Source: Escherichia phage vB-Eco-KMB43. From it: a DNA stretch of 64,000 nt. Below, piece after piece: positions 47,248-59,840 of the stretch. The translations under genes and the position numbers were made by a program. The stretch lies in sequence record OR525698.1. One strand, given 5' to 3'. The notes beneath the pieces are model-generated. The model did not search any database and was not told the origin of the DNA. It was given only the letters and a program-made list of their open reading frames with translations. The stretch's first letter is position 1, and every line of letters begins with the position of its first letter.

Positions 47248-48651
47248 ATGAATAACACTATTAATCACGTAAAAGACGATGCACAGTATGTTAAGTTTGA
47301 CCCTACCGGAAATTGGCCTAGCAATATAAAAAACGTACAAGCGGCATTAGCCGCTATTCAGGGGTTTGCTATTGCAGGTCTTCCAACGGCAACCGAAGAA
47401 ACAGCGGGTATTGCTGAAATTGCTACTCAAAAAGAAGTAGATGATGGGTTGGATGGAACTAAAATTGTTACCCCAAAAACATTGGCTGTTAAGCTGTCAA
47501 GACCGGACGCAACAAAACTTGTCAAAGGGATCACTCGCTATGCTAATAACGATGAAGCTATGGGCGATACTCCAAATATTGCAATTGGTCCTGATACATT
47601 AACCCATGTATTCGAGAAGAAGAAGGCAACGGAAACCGTACAGGGTACAATTAAAATTTGTTCTATGGATGCGGCAAAAATAGGTAGCGATGACACTATG
47701 GCAGTAACGCCTAAAAAGATGCACGCTGCGATTGCTCAGATTGTTCCTGGATTGATCCCAGAGCAAAATACCGCTTCCGAATCCCGTGAGGGTCTAGTTA
47801 GGCTGGCAACAAGCCAACAAACGCTTGCTGGTACTATCAGAGAAGGATTTGCCGTTAGCCCATATGCATTTTCCAACGCAAGAGCCAATGAAAATCAGGC
47901 GGGTACTGTTAAAATTGCGTCATCCCAACAAATGATTGACGGTAATGACAACACAGTAGTAGTATCAGCACAAAAATTTGCGAACACTAAAGCAACCACT
48001 GGACAATTCGGTGTTGTTAAGCTAACAGATAATCCCGGTTCCGGTGAAGCAAATGCTGCGTTATCTGCAAATGCTCGTGTATTGCCTCTAAGCGGTGGTG
48101 TCGTTACTGGTGATGTGTATCGTCATAGTGGAGGTGACGGAAACCAGTTTACCACTAAAAACGAAATGGATGCATGGTGTATGCCAATTGGTGCAATTAT
48201 TCTAACTGCATTCAATAGCAATGATCACGGTGCATTTAAAATTTGTAACGGGCAATGGTTGAATAAACACCAATATCCTACGCTATTTGCTCGCATCGGA
48301 TTTACATATGGTGGTGACGGTGGAGATCATTTCGCTGTTCCAGATATGCGCGGTCTTGTTGCTCGTGGGTGCGATTGGGGAAGAGGTTTAGACCCAGGTC
48401 GTGGATTTGGTACTTATCAAGACGACACCATGCAACATATGACAGGTAACTTCCCTGTAGCTAACCGTTGGCGCGGTTGGACTGGTGGTGCATTTGCTAT
48501 CACAGGTGGTCAATGGAGCACGAACTATAAAAACGGTGGTGGTGATGATTGGGGTAGTATTGTTAACTTTGACAGCGCAAGACAGGTTAGAACGTCTGGC
48601 GAAACTCGCGTTAAAAGCCTTGCATTAAACTACGTTATAAGGGTACAATAA
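47248..48651 (+). CDS. 12: short tail fibre gp12
   Basis: Six ~33-aa phage-fibre repeats followed by a tail-collar-type domain (C.GQ.L.K..YP.LF..IG..YGGDG...F.VPDMRG). Confidence 0.9.
   Translation: MNNTINHVKDDAQYVKFDPTGNWPSNIKNVQAALAAIQGFAIAGLPTATEETAGIAEIATQKEVDDGLDGTKIVTPKTLAVKLSRPDATKLVKGITRYANNDEAMGDTPNIAIGPDTLTHVFEKKKATETVQGTIKICSMDAAKIGSDDTMAVTPKKMHAAIAQIVPGLIPEQNTASESREGLVRLATSQQTLAGTIREGFAVSPYAFSNARANENQAGTVKIASSQQMIDGNDNTVVVSAQKFANTKATTGQFGVVKLTDNPGSGEANAALSANARVLPLSGGVVTGDVYRHSGGDGNQFTTKNEMDAWCMPIGAIILTAFNSNDHGAFKICNGQWLNKHQYPTLFARIGFTYGGDGGDHFAVPDMRGLVARGCDWGRGLDPGRGFGTYQDDTMQHMTGNFPVANRWRGWTGGAFAITGGQWSTNYKNGGGDDWGSIVNFDSARQVRTSGETRVKSLALNYVIRVQ
47389..48058 (+). repeat. tandem ~33-aa tail-fibre repeats inside gp12 (coding repeat)
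   Basis: Units beginning ATEETAGIAEIAT, ATKLVKGITRYAN, ATETVQGTIKICS, ASESREGLVRLAT, ANENQAGTVKIAS, ATTGQFGVVKLTD. Confidence 0.8.
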
Positions 48652-50420
48652 TGATCGAACAATTAAACATTCGAAAGATCCCTAACGTCGATGGTGTCCC
48701 TGGAGAGGGACAACATTCTATTAGCTGGATTAAAAATGGTGAATGTCTAAGCGCAGCAACCACAGAAACAGGACACGAGGGGACGCTTAACCGCGCCCCT
48801 TATGCGATTCAAGAAAATATTGTTCGTTTGGATGAAAATTCTAAGACAACGGTAACAAAAGTTAACGAAGTTGTTACAGCAGTTAATGATATTAAAACTA
48901 CTTTAGGCGCGGTTGCTGATGGTAGTATTATTGATATTGTCAATCAAACTATTGCAAAGGTTGAGTCTGTAGAAGAAAATTTAGGAGAAACTTCAAGGAC
49001 ATTACAAACCACAGTAGATGAACTGGCGGAGACAGGAAAGAAAATTGGTGTTCGTCCGGCAGCAGATCCGAGTACACGAACAATATATGATGATATTTCT
49101 TTCATCAAACAAGAATTGGGCGCTTTCCCTAACTTCAATATCAACGGTTATCCAGATCCAGGTAGTTCCGGTTCCGGTATCAAATATCGAGTTATCCAGA
49201 ATACGGAAGCATTAAACAACCACGGTCAGCGAATCCGCCAACTAGAAAACGACTGGCAAGATTCTGACGTTGGAGAGCTAACAGAACAAGTTAACAAAAT
49301 GCGAAGCGAGCTAGGAGACACATCACTAGCAACACAGGACAATGTTTATCTTCGTCTTCGCACAAACACTCGCAATATCGCTAGTATATCAAACGAAGTT
49401 CAGGAAGTAAAGAAAGCGATTCTATTTGAATCAATTCCCGATATCGGGACTAAAGTAACTAAGCTACAATCTGATTATACACAGCTTAATGATGAAGTCA
49501 ACGGCTTTGACGCTGGTATCCGTCCTCGTTTAACTCTTCTGGAAAATAAGATCGGCAATCCTCAAGCCGCTGGAAGTATTGATTATCGATTGACCAATCA
49601 AGAACTGGAATTTGTAGATCTTAAATCTATTGTCGGTGTCAGTGGTGCTGATGGCCTACGTGGTGAGGTTGCACGAATCTCTAACACAGTTGGTACTGAC
49701 AGTGAGCGTCATACTATCGCAGGTCGTCTAAAAATTGTAGAAAACACACAGGGACGACTAGAAGCTAGCGTACAGGATATCGAGCAAATGATCGGCGATC
49801 GAGATTCCGGTCTAACCGCCGGGGTTATTAAGCTGTCAAGCGACATGTACGGCAATCCAGAAGGAAGCACGCAGCTTGAACAAGATGGGATCGTGAAAAC
49901 TGTTAAGGAATTGAGCACATCAAATGCAAGCAAGGTAACAGACGTTCCTGATGATGGTTTCCATTATCTACGTAAGCACGGGGAATGGGTTCAGGTCGCA
50001 TGGGCGGCTGGTGCATTTAAAAACACCGCTCAGATTGATATTACTCTCGACGGACAAGATCAATACAAAGGAATCCCGCTAAACGATATGACCGAAGAAG
50101 TTCCTGCGCGTGGAATGGTTAAGAGCGAATCTCTTGTTACGGTTAACGACAAAGGCTTATTCCGTTGTGTTTTCCGTTGTTCTGTAAATGCGGCACATAA
50201 CGCTACTTTCGTAGTCGGTATTGCTAAAAATGGTCAGATTGTACATGAGGTACGACATGGTCATTATGGAACTGATGATTTAATTAGCTATTCTACCAGT
50301 GCTTTCCTAAATATTGAAAAGGGCGACCGGATCGATATTCGCATTAAGGGCGTATCCGAAGAAGCATTAGCGCAACAGCTACAAATTAAAGAGTTCCTCT
50401 TTGGGATTTCTCCGGTATAA
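48651..50420 (+). CDS. wac: fibritin (whisker/neck fibre), with an extra C-terminal globular domain
   Basis: The N-terminus VDG.P.EGQ..ISWIKNGE matches T4 Wac. Long coiled coil, a foldon-like DDGFHYLRKHGEWVQV segment, then ~140 further residues. Confidence 0.9.
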   Translation: MIEQLNIRKIPNVDGVPGEGQHSISWIKNGECLSAATTETGHEGTLNRAPYAIQENIVRLDENSKTTVTKVNEVVTAVNDIKTTLGAVADGSIIDIVNQTIAKVESVEENLGETSRTLQTTVDELAETGKKIGVRPAADPSTRTIYDDISFIKQELGAFPNFNINGYPDPGSSGSGIKYRVIQNTEALNNHGQRIRQLENDWQDSDVGELTEQVNKMRSELGDTSLATQDNVYLRLRTNTRNIASISNEVQEVKKAILFESIPDIGTKVTKLQSDYTQLNDEVNGFDAGIRPRLTLLENKIGNPQAAGSIDYRLTNQELEFVDLKSIVGVSGADGLRGEVARISNTVGTDSERHTIAGRLKIVENTQGRLEASVQDIEQMIGDRDSGLTAGVIKLSSDMYGNPEGSTQLEQDGIVKTVKELSTSNASKVTDVPDDGFHYLRKHGEWVQVAWAAGAFKNTAQIDITLDGQDQYKGIPLNDMTEEVPARGMVKSESLVTVNDKGLFRCVFRCSVNAAHNATFVVGIAKNGQIVHEVRHGHYGTDDLISYSTSAFLNIEKGDRIDIRIKGVSEEALAQQLQIKEFLFGISPV

Positions 50421-50426
50421 GAAATT

Positions 50427-50449
50427 AAAGGGGCGTTAAGCCCCTTTTC
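50427..50449 (+). terminator. intrinsic terminator after wac
   Basis: GGGGC-GTTAA-GCCCC flanked by AAA and TTTT. Confidence 0.7.
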
Positions 50450-50466
50450 CGTTTATAGGTGATATT

Positions 50467-51399
50467 ATGTCAGGATATGTAACCAATAACCCAAGAGAAT
50501 TAAAAGACGCTATTCTGCGTCGTTTAGGCGCACCAGTAATTAACGTAGAAGTCACAGAAGACCAGATTTACGATTGTATTCAGAGAGCACTAGAACTCTA
50601 TGGGGAATATCATTTCGATGGTGTGAATAAAGGATATAAAGTATTTCGTGTTAGTGCAGAGCAAGCGCAACACGGGGTATTTGATTTAAGCGATTCTGGA
50701 GTATTCGCAGTAACTAAAATAATTCGAACAAACGTAGGTAGCGCGGCTACGATGGATGGCACTGCCGTTTATCCGTGGTTTACTGACTTTCTGTTGGGTT
50801 TAGCGGGTGTAAATGGCGGTTTAGGATCTGGCTGTAGTAAATTTTATGGTCCAAATGCAATGGGTGGTGATCTAGGATATTTCGAACAGCTTATGAGCTA
50901 TCGAGCCACTATGCAAAATATGCTCAATCCGCTGCCAGACTATTGGTATAATAGCGCAAACGGACAACTTAAGATTACAGGAAACTTCCGAGAAGGTGAT
51001 CTCATTGTTGTTGAATTATATGTTAAAAGCTATATAGACGTTCCTGACATGATCGGCGCGGTTGCTGGTTATGCTCATGCAGGAGGATGTTCTACCGCTG
51101 GCGGGATTAGCGCCGTTTATGATAATCCAACTGCTGGTTTAAGCGGGATTGTTGCTGGAATGGGACCGATCCGTGATAACAAGCAGGGCGCATATAATAA
51201 CCGTTGGGTTAAAGACATGGCAACCGCTTTCACTAAGGAGGTGTGGGGGTCCATCATGGCTAAACATCAAGGTCTGCAATTACCCGGCGGTGTCACTGTT
51301 GATGGTATCCGAATCATTGAAGAAGCACGCGCCGACATTGAGAAATTGCGACAAGAACTAGAATTATTAGATCCTCCGTTCGGCATCCTCATGATTTGA
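50467..51399 (+). CDS. 13: neck protein gp13
   Basis: [44 protein letters not shown] is near-identical to recalled T4 gp13. Confidence 0.92.
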   Translation: MSGYVTNNPRELKDAILRRLGAPVINVEVTEDQIYDCIQRALELYGEYHFDGVNKGYKVFRVSAEQAQHGVFDLSDSGVFAVTKIIRTNVGSAATMDGTAVYPWFTDFLLGLAGVNGGLGSGCSKFYGPNAMGGDLGYFEQLMSYRATMQNMLNPLPDYWYNSANGQLKITGNFREGDLIVVELYVKSYIDVPDMIGAVAGYAHAGGCSTAGGISAVYDNPTAGLSGIVAGMGPIRDNKQGAYNNRWVKDMATAFTKEVWGSIMAKHQGLQLPGGVTVDGIRIIEEARADIEKLRQELELLDPPFGILMI

Positions 51400-51405
51400 T
51401 TTATT

Positions 51406-51421
51406 GGGGGAGTATTCCCCC
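51406..51421 (+). other. intercistronic RNA hairpin between genes 13 and 14
   Basis: GGGGGA-GTAT-TCCCCC. No U-run. Confidence 0.5.
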
Positions 51422-51435
51422 ATTTGGAGTAACAT

Positions 51436-52176
51436 ATGTTTAACAACACTCTTTTTGCTCGCCTTGAATCGCAGAAGGACTACGAGAATACACGACAAAC
51501 AGAGATTCTTAATCCTTATGTGAACTTTCACAAATATACAAATACTCAGACGTTAGCCGACGTTATGGTCGCCGAAGCTATTCAGATGCGAGGTGTAGAA
51601 TTATATTACATCCCTCGTGAATTTGTCAAACCAGATATGATCTTTGGTGAGGATGTTCAAAGCAAATTTACTAAAGCATGGAAATTTGCGGCTTATATTA
51701 ACTCATTTGATGGGTATGAAGGAGCGGGTAATTTCTTCTCTAGTTTCGGGTATCAAGCTAATGATGAACTAACTTTTACGGTTAACCCCAACCTATTCAA
51801 GCATCAAGTAGATGATCAAGAGCCAAAATCAGGTGACTTAATTTATATTCCTATGAGCAATGATTTATTTGAAATCTCATATGTAGAGCCATATCAGCCG
51901 TTTTTTCAGGCTGGCAAAAATGCCATGCGTAAAATTATTGCAGAGAAATTCGTGTATAGCGGTGAGGAATTGCGACCAGAATTACAACGCAATGAGGGAA
52001 TTAATGTTGATGAGTTTGCGGATCTGGATCTTGCACCGATCACTAATCTGGACGGGTTAACAGATATCAACTTAGATCAGTACAAAGAAGATAAGCAATT
52101 CAGAAGCGAAGGACAAGATTTTATTGATCCGTTTGATCCTATTAATGGCAAGGGTTCACCTTTCGCCGATTTTTGA
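51436..52176 (+). CDS. 14: neck protein gp14
   Basis: LFA.LE......EILNPYVN...Y.N.Q.LAD..VAE.IQMRGVE.YY.PRE matches T4 gp14. Confidence 0.92.
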   Translation: MFNNTLFARLESQKDYENTRQTEILNPYVNFHKYTNTQTLADVMVAEAIQMRGVELYYIPREFVKPDMIFGEDVQSKFTKAWKFAAYINSFDGYEGAGNFFSSFGYQANDELTFTVNPNLFKHQVDDQEPKSGDLIYIPMSNDLFEISYVEPYQPFFQAGKNAMRKIIAEKFVYSGEELRPELQRNEGINVDEFADLDLAPITNLDGLTDINLDQYKEDKQFRSEGQDFIDPFDPINGKGSPFADF

Positions 52177-52202
52177 TAAATACTCATAAACAAGGGGGTC
52201 AA

Positions 52203-53036
52203 ATGTTCGGTTGGCACTATAATTCGTCAATTAGAAGGTATATTGTATTGCTGGGTAATTTATTCTCCGGCGTACAAATTAAAAGGGTGCGTAGTGACGG
52301 TGAGCGTTTTATTAAAGTTCCTATCACCTACGCAAAGAAAGAAAAATTCATGATGAGTCTGGACAAATATAACAATATCTTAAGCGAGGAAGACGTAGCA
52401 AAGGTAGAAACTATTTTACCTCGTATGTGTCTTTCTTTGATTGATATGACATACGCCCAGAACTTTAAAACCAATATTGCAAATAAGACAGTACCAAAAT
52501 ATACAGAGGATGGAATCAGGAGCGTAACACAATATAATCCTGTACCATATAAGTTTACTTTCGAGTTAGGGATTTATACGCGTAACGAAGATGATATGTT
52601 TCAGATAATTGAACAGATTCTTCCTTACTTCCAGCCTCATTTTAACTGTAAGATTAAAGAACTACACGGTAATGATGTATGGATTGATCGAGATATTCAG
52701 GTCACAATTAGTTCTATTACTCCAGATGAACAGGTAGGCGAAGATAAGTTTTCTCGTCGTCGTCTTGAGTGGACCATTATGTTCGAATTTATCGGGTTTA
52801 TATATCCTCCAGCTACCGACGTTAAGGGGGAAATCAGAACGATTTATCTTGATTTTCATGCTAATTCTCGTGAATTGAATCCTAGCGGTAATTTTGAATC
52901 AGTGGATCACGAGGTCGTTAAACGTGACGTCGAGCAAGAAGATTGGGACGGAACTATCAAAGAATCATATTCTAGTGATATTCCAATACCAGTTGCACCG
53001 ACTCCACCGGGTCCACGTAGTGTAAGAGAATTTTAA
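52203..53036 (+). CDS. 15: tail sheath stabiliser / tail completion gp15
   Basis: Start moved from TTG 52173 to ATG 52203 after GGGGGTCAA. MFG..YNSS.RRY..L.G.LFS..QIKR matches the T4 gp15 N-terminus. Confidence 0.9.
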   Translation: MFGWHYNSSIRRYIVLLGNLFSGVQIKRVRSDGERFIKVPITYAKKEKFMMSLDKYNNILSEEDVAKVETILPRMCLSLIDMTYAQNFKTNIANKTVPKYTEDGIRSVTQYNPVPYKFTFELGIYTRNEDDMFQIIEQILPYFQPHFNCKIKELHGNDVWIDRDIQVTISSITPDEQVGEDKFSRRRLEWTIMFEFIGFIYPPATDVKGEIRTIYLDFHANSRELNPSGNFESVDHEVVKRDVEQEDWDGTIKESYSSDIPIPVAPTPPGPRSVREF

Positions 53037-53049
53037 GAGGTAATTTATT

Positions 53050-55370
<2,321 letters not shown>

Positions 55371-55401
55371 CGATAATGCATAAAAAGATGAGGAAATTCT
55401 A

Positions 55402-57402
55402 ATGACTCTATTATCACCGGGTTTCGAAACGAAAGAAACTACTCTCTCCACTACCATTGTGCAATCTGCGACTGGTCGCGCGGCGCTGGTAGGTAAATTT
55501 CAATGGGGTCCAGCTTTCCAGATTGTTCAAGTAACTAATGAAGTTGAATTAGTTAATAAATTTGGTCAGCCGGATAATAACACCGCAGACTATTTCATGA
55601 GCGGGGCTAACTTCCTCCAGTATGGCAATGACCTGCGTGTTGTTCGTGTACTCAATAAAGAAAAAGCAAAAAACGCAACCGCACTGGCTGGTAACGTCGA
55701 GTTTGAAATCACAAACGAAGGTTCAAACTATGAAGTAGGCGATACCATCAAGATTAAACATAACCGTCAAGATATTGAAACGGCAGGTAAAGTAACTAAA
55801 GTTGATGGTGATGGTAAAGTTAAGGGAGTATTTATCCCAACTGGTAAAATTATCGCTCACGCTAAAGCAATTGGTGTTTATCCAGAACTTGATGGCGATT
55901 GGACGGCAGAGTTCACTTCTTCGTCAGGTAACGGCAGTGCGGCGCTGTCAGTAACTAAAATTGTTACTGATTCCGGTCTTCTGTTAACGGATCTGGAAAC
56001 TTCCCGCGCCAATATCACAAATCAAACTTTCTTGACTAAACTCCAGAAGTATGATATGCCAGCGGTAAGCGCGATCTATGCTGGTGAGATTGGCAACTCG
56101 CTGGAAGTGGAAATTCTGGCGCGTAGTGCGTTTAAGAACACTGCACCGGATCTGACCATATATCCTTATGGTGGCGAGCGCACCGCAGCACGCAACCTGA
56201 TTCCATATGCACCGCAGAATGATAATCAATATGCGTTTATTGTTCGTCGTGATGGTGTTGTGGTAGAATCCTATGTACTGTCTACTCTGAAAGGGGATAA
56301 AGACGTATACGGCAATTCTATCTATATGGACGACTTCTTTGCTCGTGGTTCTAGCCAGTACATCTATGCAACCGCTCAGGGCTGGGTAGATGGTTTCAGT
56401 GGCATTATCTCTCTTGCTGGTGGCGTTTCTGCTAACGAATCCGCAACTGCTGGTGTTGGTGCTGATCCGTTCATCGGTGCGATGATGCAAGGATGGGATC
56501 TGTTTGCTGAACGTGAATCTATTCACGTAAACCTGTTGATTGCTGGTGCATGTGCTGGCGAAGGCGATGCGTTCTCTACCGTACAGAAACATGCTGTTTC
56601 CATCGGTGACGAGCGTCAGGATTGCTTAGTAATGGTTTCTCCGCCGCGTAGCACTGTTGTTAATATTCCGGTGACTACCGCAATTGATAACCTGATTGCA
56701 TGGCGCGAAGGTTCAGGAAACTATAATGAAAACAACATGAACATTAATACCACTTACGCGGTTATTGATGGTAACTACAAATATCAGTATGACAAATACA
56801 ACGACGTAAACCGTTGGGTTCCGTTGGCTGCTGATATTGCTGGTTTATGTGCTCGAACTGATGTGGTATCTCAACCGTGGATGAGTCCGGCAGGTTATAA
56901 CCGTGGTCAGGTCATGAACGTGGTTAAACTGGCAATTGAGCCTCGCAAGGCGCACCGCGATCGTCTGTATCAGGCCGCAATTAACCCGGTAATCGGTGCT
57001 GGTGGTGAAGGGTTTATCCTGATGGGTGATAAAACCGCTACGACTGTTCCTAGCCCGTTTGACCGCATTAACGTTCGTCGTCTGTTTAACATGCTGAAAA
57101 AGAATATCGGCGATTCAAGCAAATACAAACTGTTTGAAAACAACGATAACTTTACTCGCGCTTCCTTCCGTATGGAGGTTTCGCAATATCTCAGCACGAT
57201 TCGCTCTCTTGGTGGCATTTATGACTTCCGAGTACAATGCGACACCACGAACAACACGCCTGATGTAATTGATCGTAATGAATTTGTTGCTAGCATGTTC
57301 ATCAAACCGGCAAAATCGATCAACTATATCATGCTCAATTTCACTGCTGTTGCAACTGGTGCTGATTTTGACGAAATTATCGGTCCAGCTAACCAGGCAT
57401 AA
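55402..57402 (+). CDS. 18: tail sheath protein gp18
   Basis: 666 aa. MTLLSPG.E.KE N-terminus. Called by position. Confidence 0.95.
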   Translation: MTLLSPGFETKETTLSTTIVQSATGRAALVGKFQWGPAFQIVQVTNEVELVNKFGQPDNNTADYFMSGANFLQYGNDLRVVRVLNKEKAKNATALAGNVEFEITNEGSNYEVGDTIKIKHNRQDIETAGKVTKVDGDGKVKGVFIPTGKIIAHAKAIGVYPELDGDWTAEFTSSSGNGSAALSVTKIVTDSGLLLTDLETSRANITNQTFLTKLQKYDMPAVSAIYAGEIGNSLEVEILARSAFKNTAPDLTIYPYGGERTAARNLIPYAPQNDNQYAFIVRRDGVVVESYVLSTLKGDKDVYGNSIYMDDFFARGSSQYIYATAQGWVDGFSGIISLAGGVSANESATAGVGADPFIGAMMQGWDLFAERESIHVNLLIAGACAGEGDAFSTVQKHAVSIGDERQDCLVMVSPPRSTVVNIPVTTAIDNLIAWREGSGNYNENNMNINTTYAVIDGNYKYQYDKYNDVNRWVPLAADIAGLCARTDVVSQPWMSPAGYNRGQVMNVVKLAIEPRKAHRDRLYQAAINPVIGAGGEGFILMGDKTATTVPSPFDRINVRRLFNMLKKNIGDSSKYKLFENNDNFTRASFRMEVSQYLSTIRSLGGIYDFRVQCDTTNNTPDVIDRNEFVASMFIKPAKSINYIMLNFTAVATGADFDEIIGPANQA

Positions 57403-57435
57403 TCAGTAAATTAGCATAGATTAAAAGTTAAATCA

Positions 57436-57456
57436 AGCGGGGAGAAAATCCCCGCT
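57436..57456 (+). other. intercistronic RNA hairpin between genes 18 and 19
   Basis: AGCGGGGA-GAAAA-TCCCCGCT. No U-run. Confidence 0.55.
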
Positions 57457-57475
57457 CTATTAAGGAATATCAATT

Positions 57476-57970
57476 ATGGCACTCGATTTGAATGATATTA
57501 CACGCGGTTTCGAGTCTGGCGATTTTGCTCGTCCTAACCTGTTTGAAGTTGAGATCCCGTATCTGGGGCAAAACTTTAAGCTGATGTGTAAGGCTGCGAC
57601 CGTCCCGGCTGCGACCGTAGAAAAAATTGCTATAGGTTATCAAAACCGTAAAATTAACATCGCTGGCGACCGTGTATACGACGACTGGACCATCACTGTA
57701 TTCAACGATGACGCACACAAGATCCGTGATGCTATCGTTGCATGGAGCGATCAGACACACGGCACTGGTTCGGCGATCACTGGCGCAACTCCTGCACAGT
57801 ATAAGAAACAAGCTATTGTTCGTCAACTTAACCGTAACACCGAATCAACTAGCGAAAAAACATTGTACGGTATTTTCCCGACCAACGTAGGTGAAGTAAC
57901 CCTCGATTGGGAACAAAACAACGAAGTTGAAACGTTTGAAGTTACTTTTGCTATCGATTGGGTAGAATAA
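57476..57970 (+). CDS. 19: tail tube protein gp19
   Basis: 164 aa (T4 gp19 is 163 aa). Position between 18 and 20. Confidence 0.93.
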   Translation: MALDLNDITRGFESGDFARPNLFEVEIPYLGQNFKLMCKAATVPAATVEKIAIGYQNRKINIAGDRVYDDWTITVFNDDAHKIRDAIVAWSDQTHGTGSAITGATPAQYKKQAIVRQLNRNTESTSEKTLYGIFPTNVGEVTLDWEQNNEVETFEVTFAIDWVE

Positions 57971-57982
57971 ATATATTATCAT

Positions 57983-58001
57983 GCGGGGAGAAGTTCCCCG
58001 C
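57983..58001 (+). other. intercistronic RNA hairpin between genes 19 and 20
   Basis: GCGGGGA-GAAGT-TCCCCGC. No U-run. Confidence 0.55.
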
Positions 58002-58028
58002 CTAATTTCTCCCAATTCGAGGTGAATA

Positions 58029-59594
58029 ATGTTTAGTAGATTAAAAATGCTTGCGCGTTGGGCTGATTTTGACAACGACAAATACGAAGAACAAATTAAA
58101 GATAAAGCAGAGTCTATCGCCGCACCTAAAAACAATGATGGTGCTACGGAAGTAGAAATTAATGATAATTTACCTGCTAGCGCGTGGAACTCTCTTACCC
58201 AGCAATTTTACAGCACCGACCAGAAAATCAGCACAACTAAGCAATTAGTTAACACATATCGCGGTTTGATGAATAACCATGAAGTCGAAAACGCTGTACA
58301 AAATATCGTTAACGATGCGATTGTATTTGAAGAAGGTCATGAAGTTGTTTCATTAAATCTTGAGGCGACTGGTTTTAGTGAATCTGTAAAAGAGCGCATT
58401 CATGAAGAATTTAAAGATCTTTTAAACACTATCCAGTTTGATAAGCGTGGTCAGGATATGTTCCGTCGCTGGTATGTCGATTCGCGTATTTTCTTCCATA
58501 AGATCATCGGTAAAAATCCAAAAGATGGTATCGTAGAATTACGCCAGCTTGATCCACGAAATCTTGAATATGTTCGCGAGATCATTACAGAAGACACCCC
58601 GGAAGGTAAAATTTATAAAGCAACGAAAGAATATTTCATTTACACCGTAGGCAATAGTTCTTATTGCGCGGGCGGTCAAGTATTCTCTCCTAATAGTCGC
58701 GTTAAAATCCCGCGTAGTGCTATTACATACGCTCACAGCGGCTTGATGGATTGCGATGATAAATATATCATTGGTTATTTGCATCGGGCTGTTAAGCCAG
58801 CAAACCAGCTTAAATTGTTGGAAGACGCAATGGTCGTTTATCGTATCACGCGTGCACCGGAACGCCGAGTGTTCTTTATTGATACCGGAAACATGAACAA
58901 CCGCAAGGCTGCACAGCACATGAACTCAGTGGCACAGTCTTTTAAAAACCGCGTTGTTTATGATGCATCGACTGGTAAACTTAAAAACCAGCAAGCAAAC
59001 CTATCAATGACAGAGGACTACTGGTTACAGCGTAGAGATGGTAAAGCAATCACCGATGTTACTACTTTACCCGGTGCATCCGGTATGAGTGATATCGATG
59101 ATATTCGCTACTTTAACCGTAAATTGTATGAAGCGTTGCGTGTGCCATTGTCACGTAGCAATCTCTCCGATGCTAATATGGTGATCGGTGGTGACGGTTC
59201 AGAAATTACTCGCGATGAGTTGGAATTTTCGAAATTCATTAGAACTCTGCAATCACAGTTTTCGGAAGTATTGCGCGATCCGCTTAAATATAATCTGATT
59301 CTCAAAAATGTAATTACGGAAGACGATTGGGATCGTGAAATAAATAATATCAAGGTGGTTTTCCATCGGGACTCTTACTATACAGAAGTTAAAGACGCGG
59401 AAATTTTAGAACGTCGAATCGGTCTAATCGAACGTATTACACCTTACATTGGTAAATATTTCTCTAACCAGACAGTGATGCGTGACATTCTGAAATATAC
59501 CGATGACCAGATGGACACCGAGAAGAAACAGATCGAAGAAGAAGCGAACGATCCGCGCTTTAAACAAACTCCCGATGAAATAGAGGATTTTTAA
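58029..59594 (+). CDS. 20: portal vertex protein gp20
   Basis: FRRWYVDSRIFFHKII, IGYLHRAVKPANQLKLLEDA.V.YRITRAP.RRV and MTEDYWLQRRDGKA match T4 gp20. Confidence 0.97.
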   Translation: MFSRLKMLARWADFDNDKYEEQIKDKAESIAAPKNNDGATEVEINDNLPASAWNSLTQQFYSTDQKISTTKQLVNTYRGLMNNHEVENAVQNIVNDAIVFEEGHEVVSLNLEATGFSESVKERIHEEFKDLLNTIQFDKRGQDMFRRWYVDSRIFFHKIIGKNPKDGIVELRQLDPRNLEYVREIITEDTPEGKIYKATKEYFIYTVGNSSYCAGGQVFSPNSRVKIPRSAITYAHSGLMDCDDKYIIGYLHRAVKPANQLKLLEDAMVVYRITRAPERRVFFIDTGNMNNRKAAQHMNSVAQSFKNRVVYDASTGKLKNQQANLSMTEDYWLQRRDGKAITDVTTLPGASGMSDIDDIRYFNRKLYEALRVPLSRSNLSDANMVIGGDGSEITRDELEFSKFIRTLQSQFSEVLRDPLKYNLILKNVITEDDWDREINNIKVVFHRDSYYTEVKDAEILERRIGLIERITPYIGKYFSNQTVMRDILKYTDDQMDTEKKQIEEEANDPRFKQTPDEIEDF

Positions 59595-59828
59595 ATGAAA
59601 CAATTTATCGAAGCAATTAAAACTCGCGATCTAACGCTGATCGAAAAAGAATTTGATAAGATCATGGAGGCTAAAAAAGCCCAGATCATCGAATCCCAGC
59701 GTGTCGAAATCGCATCCAGTATCATGATCGAAGGTGAAGAAGAAAAAGACCGCGATGATGAAGATATGGAAGATGAGGACGACGAAGATCGCAAAGACGA
59801 TAAAAAAGACAAAGAAGACGACGAATAA
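59595..59828 (+). CDS. 67: prohead core protein gp67
   Basis: 77 aa with a highly acidic C-terminus. Position after gene 20. Confidence 0.8.
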   Translation: MKQFIEAIKTRDLTLIEKEFDKIMEAKKAQIIESQRVEIASSIMIEGEEEKDRDDEDMEDEDDEDRKDDKKDKEDDE

Positions 59829-59840
59829 TAGGAAGCCAAC

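Noticed and set aside
52175-52182. GATAAATA upstream of gene 15, and AATAAATA motifs (57966..57973, 31313..31320, about 31447..31454), considered as additional late promoters.
   Set aside because: These are one-mismatch variants of TATAAATA. They are plausible but cannot be told from chance in AT-rich DNA without transcription start mapping, so they are mentioned only in context and not annotated as features.
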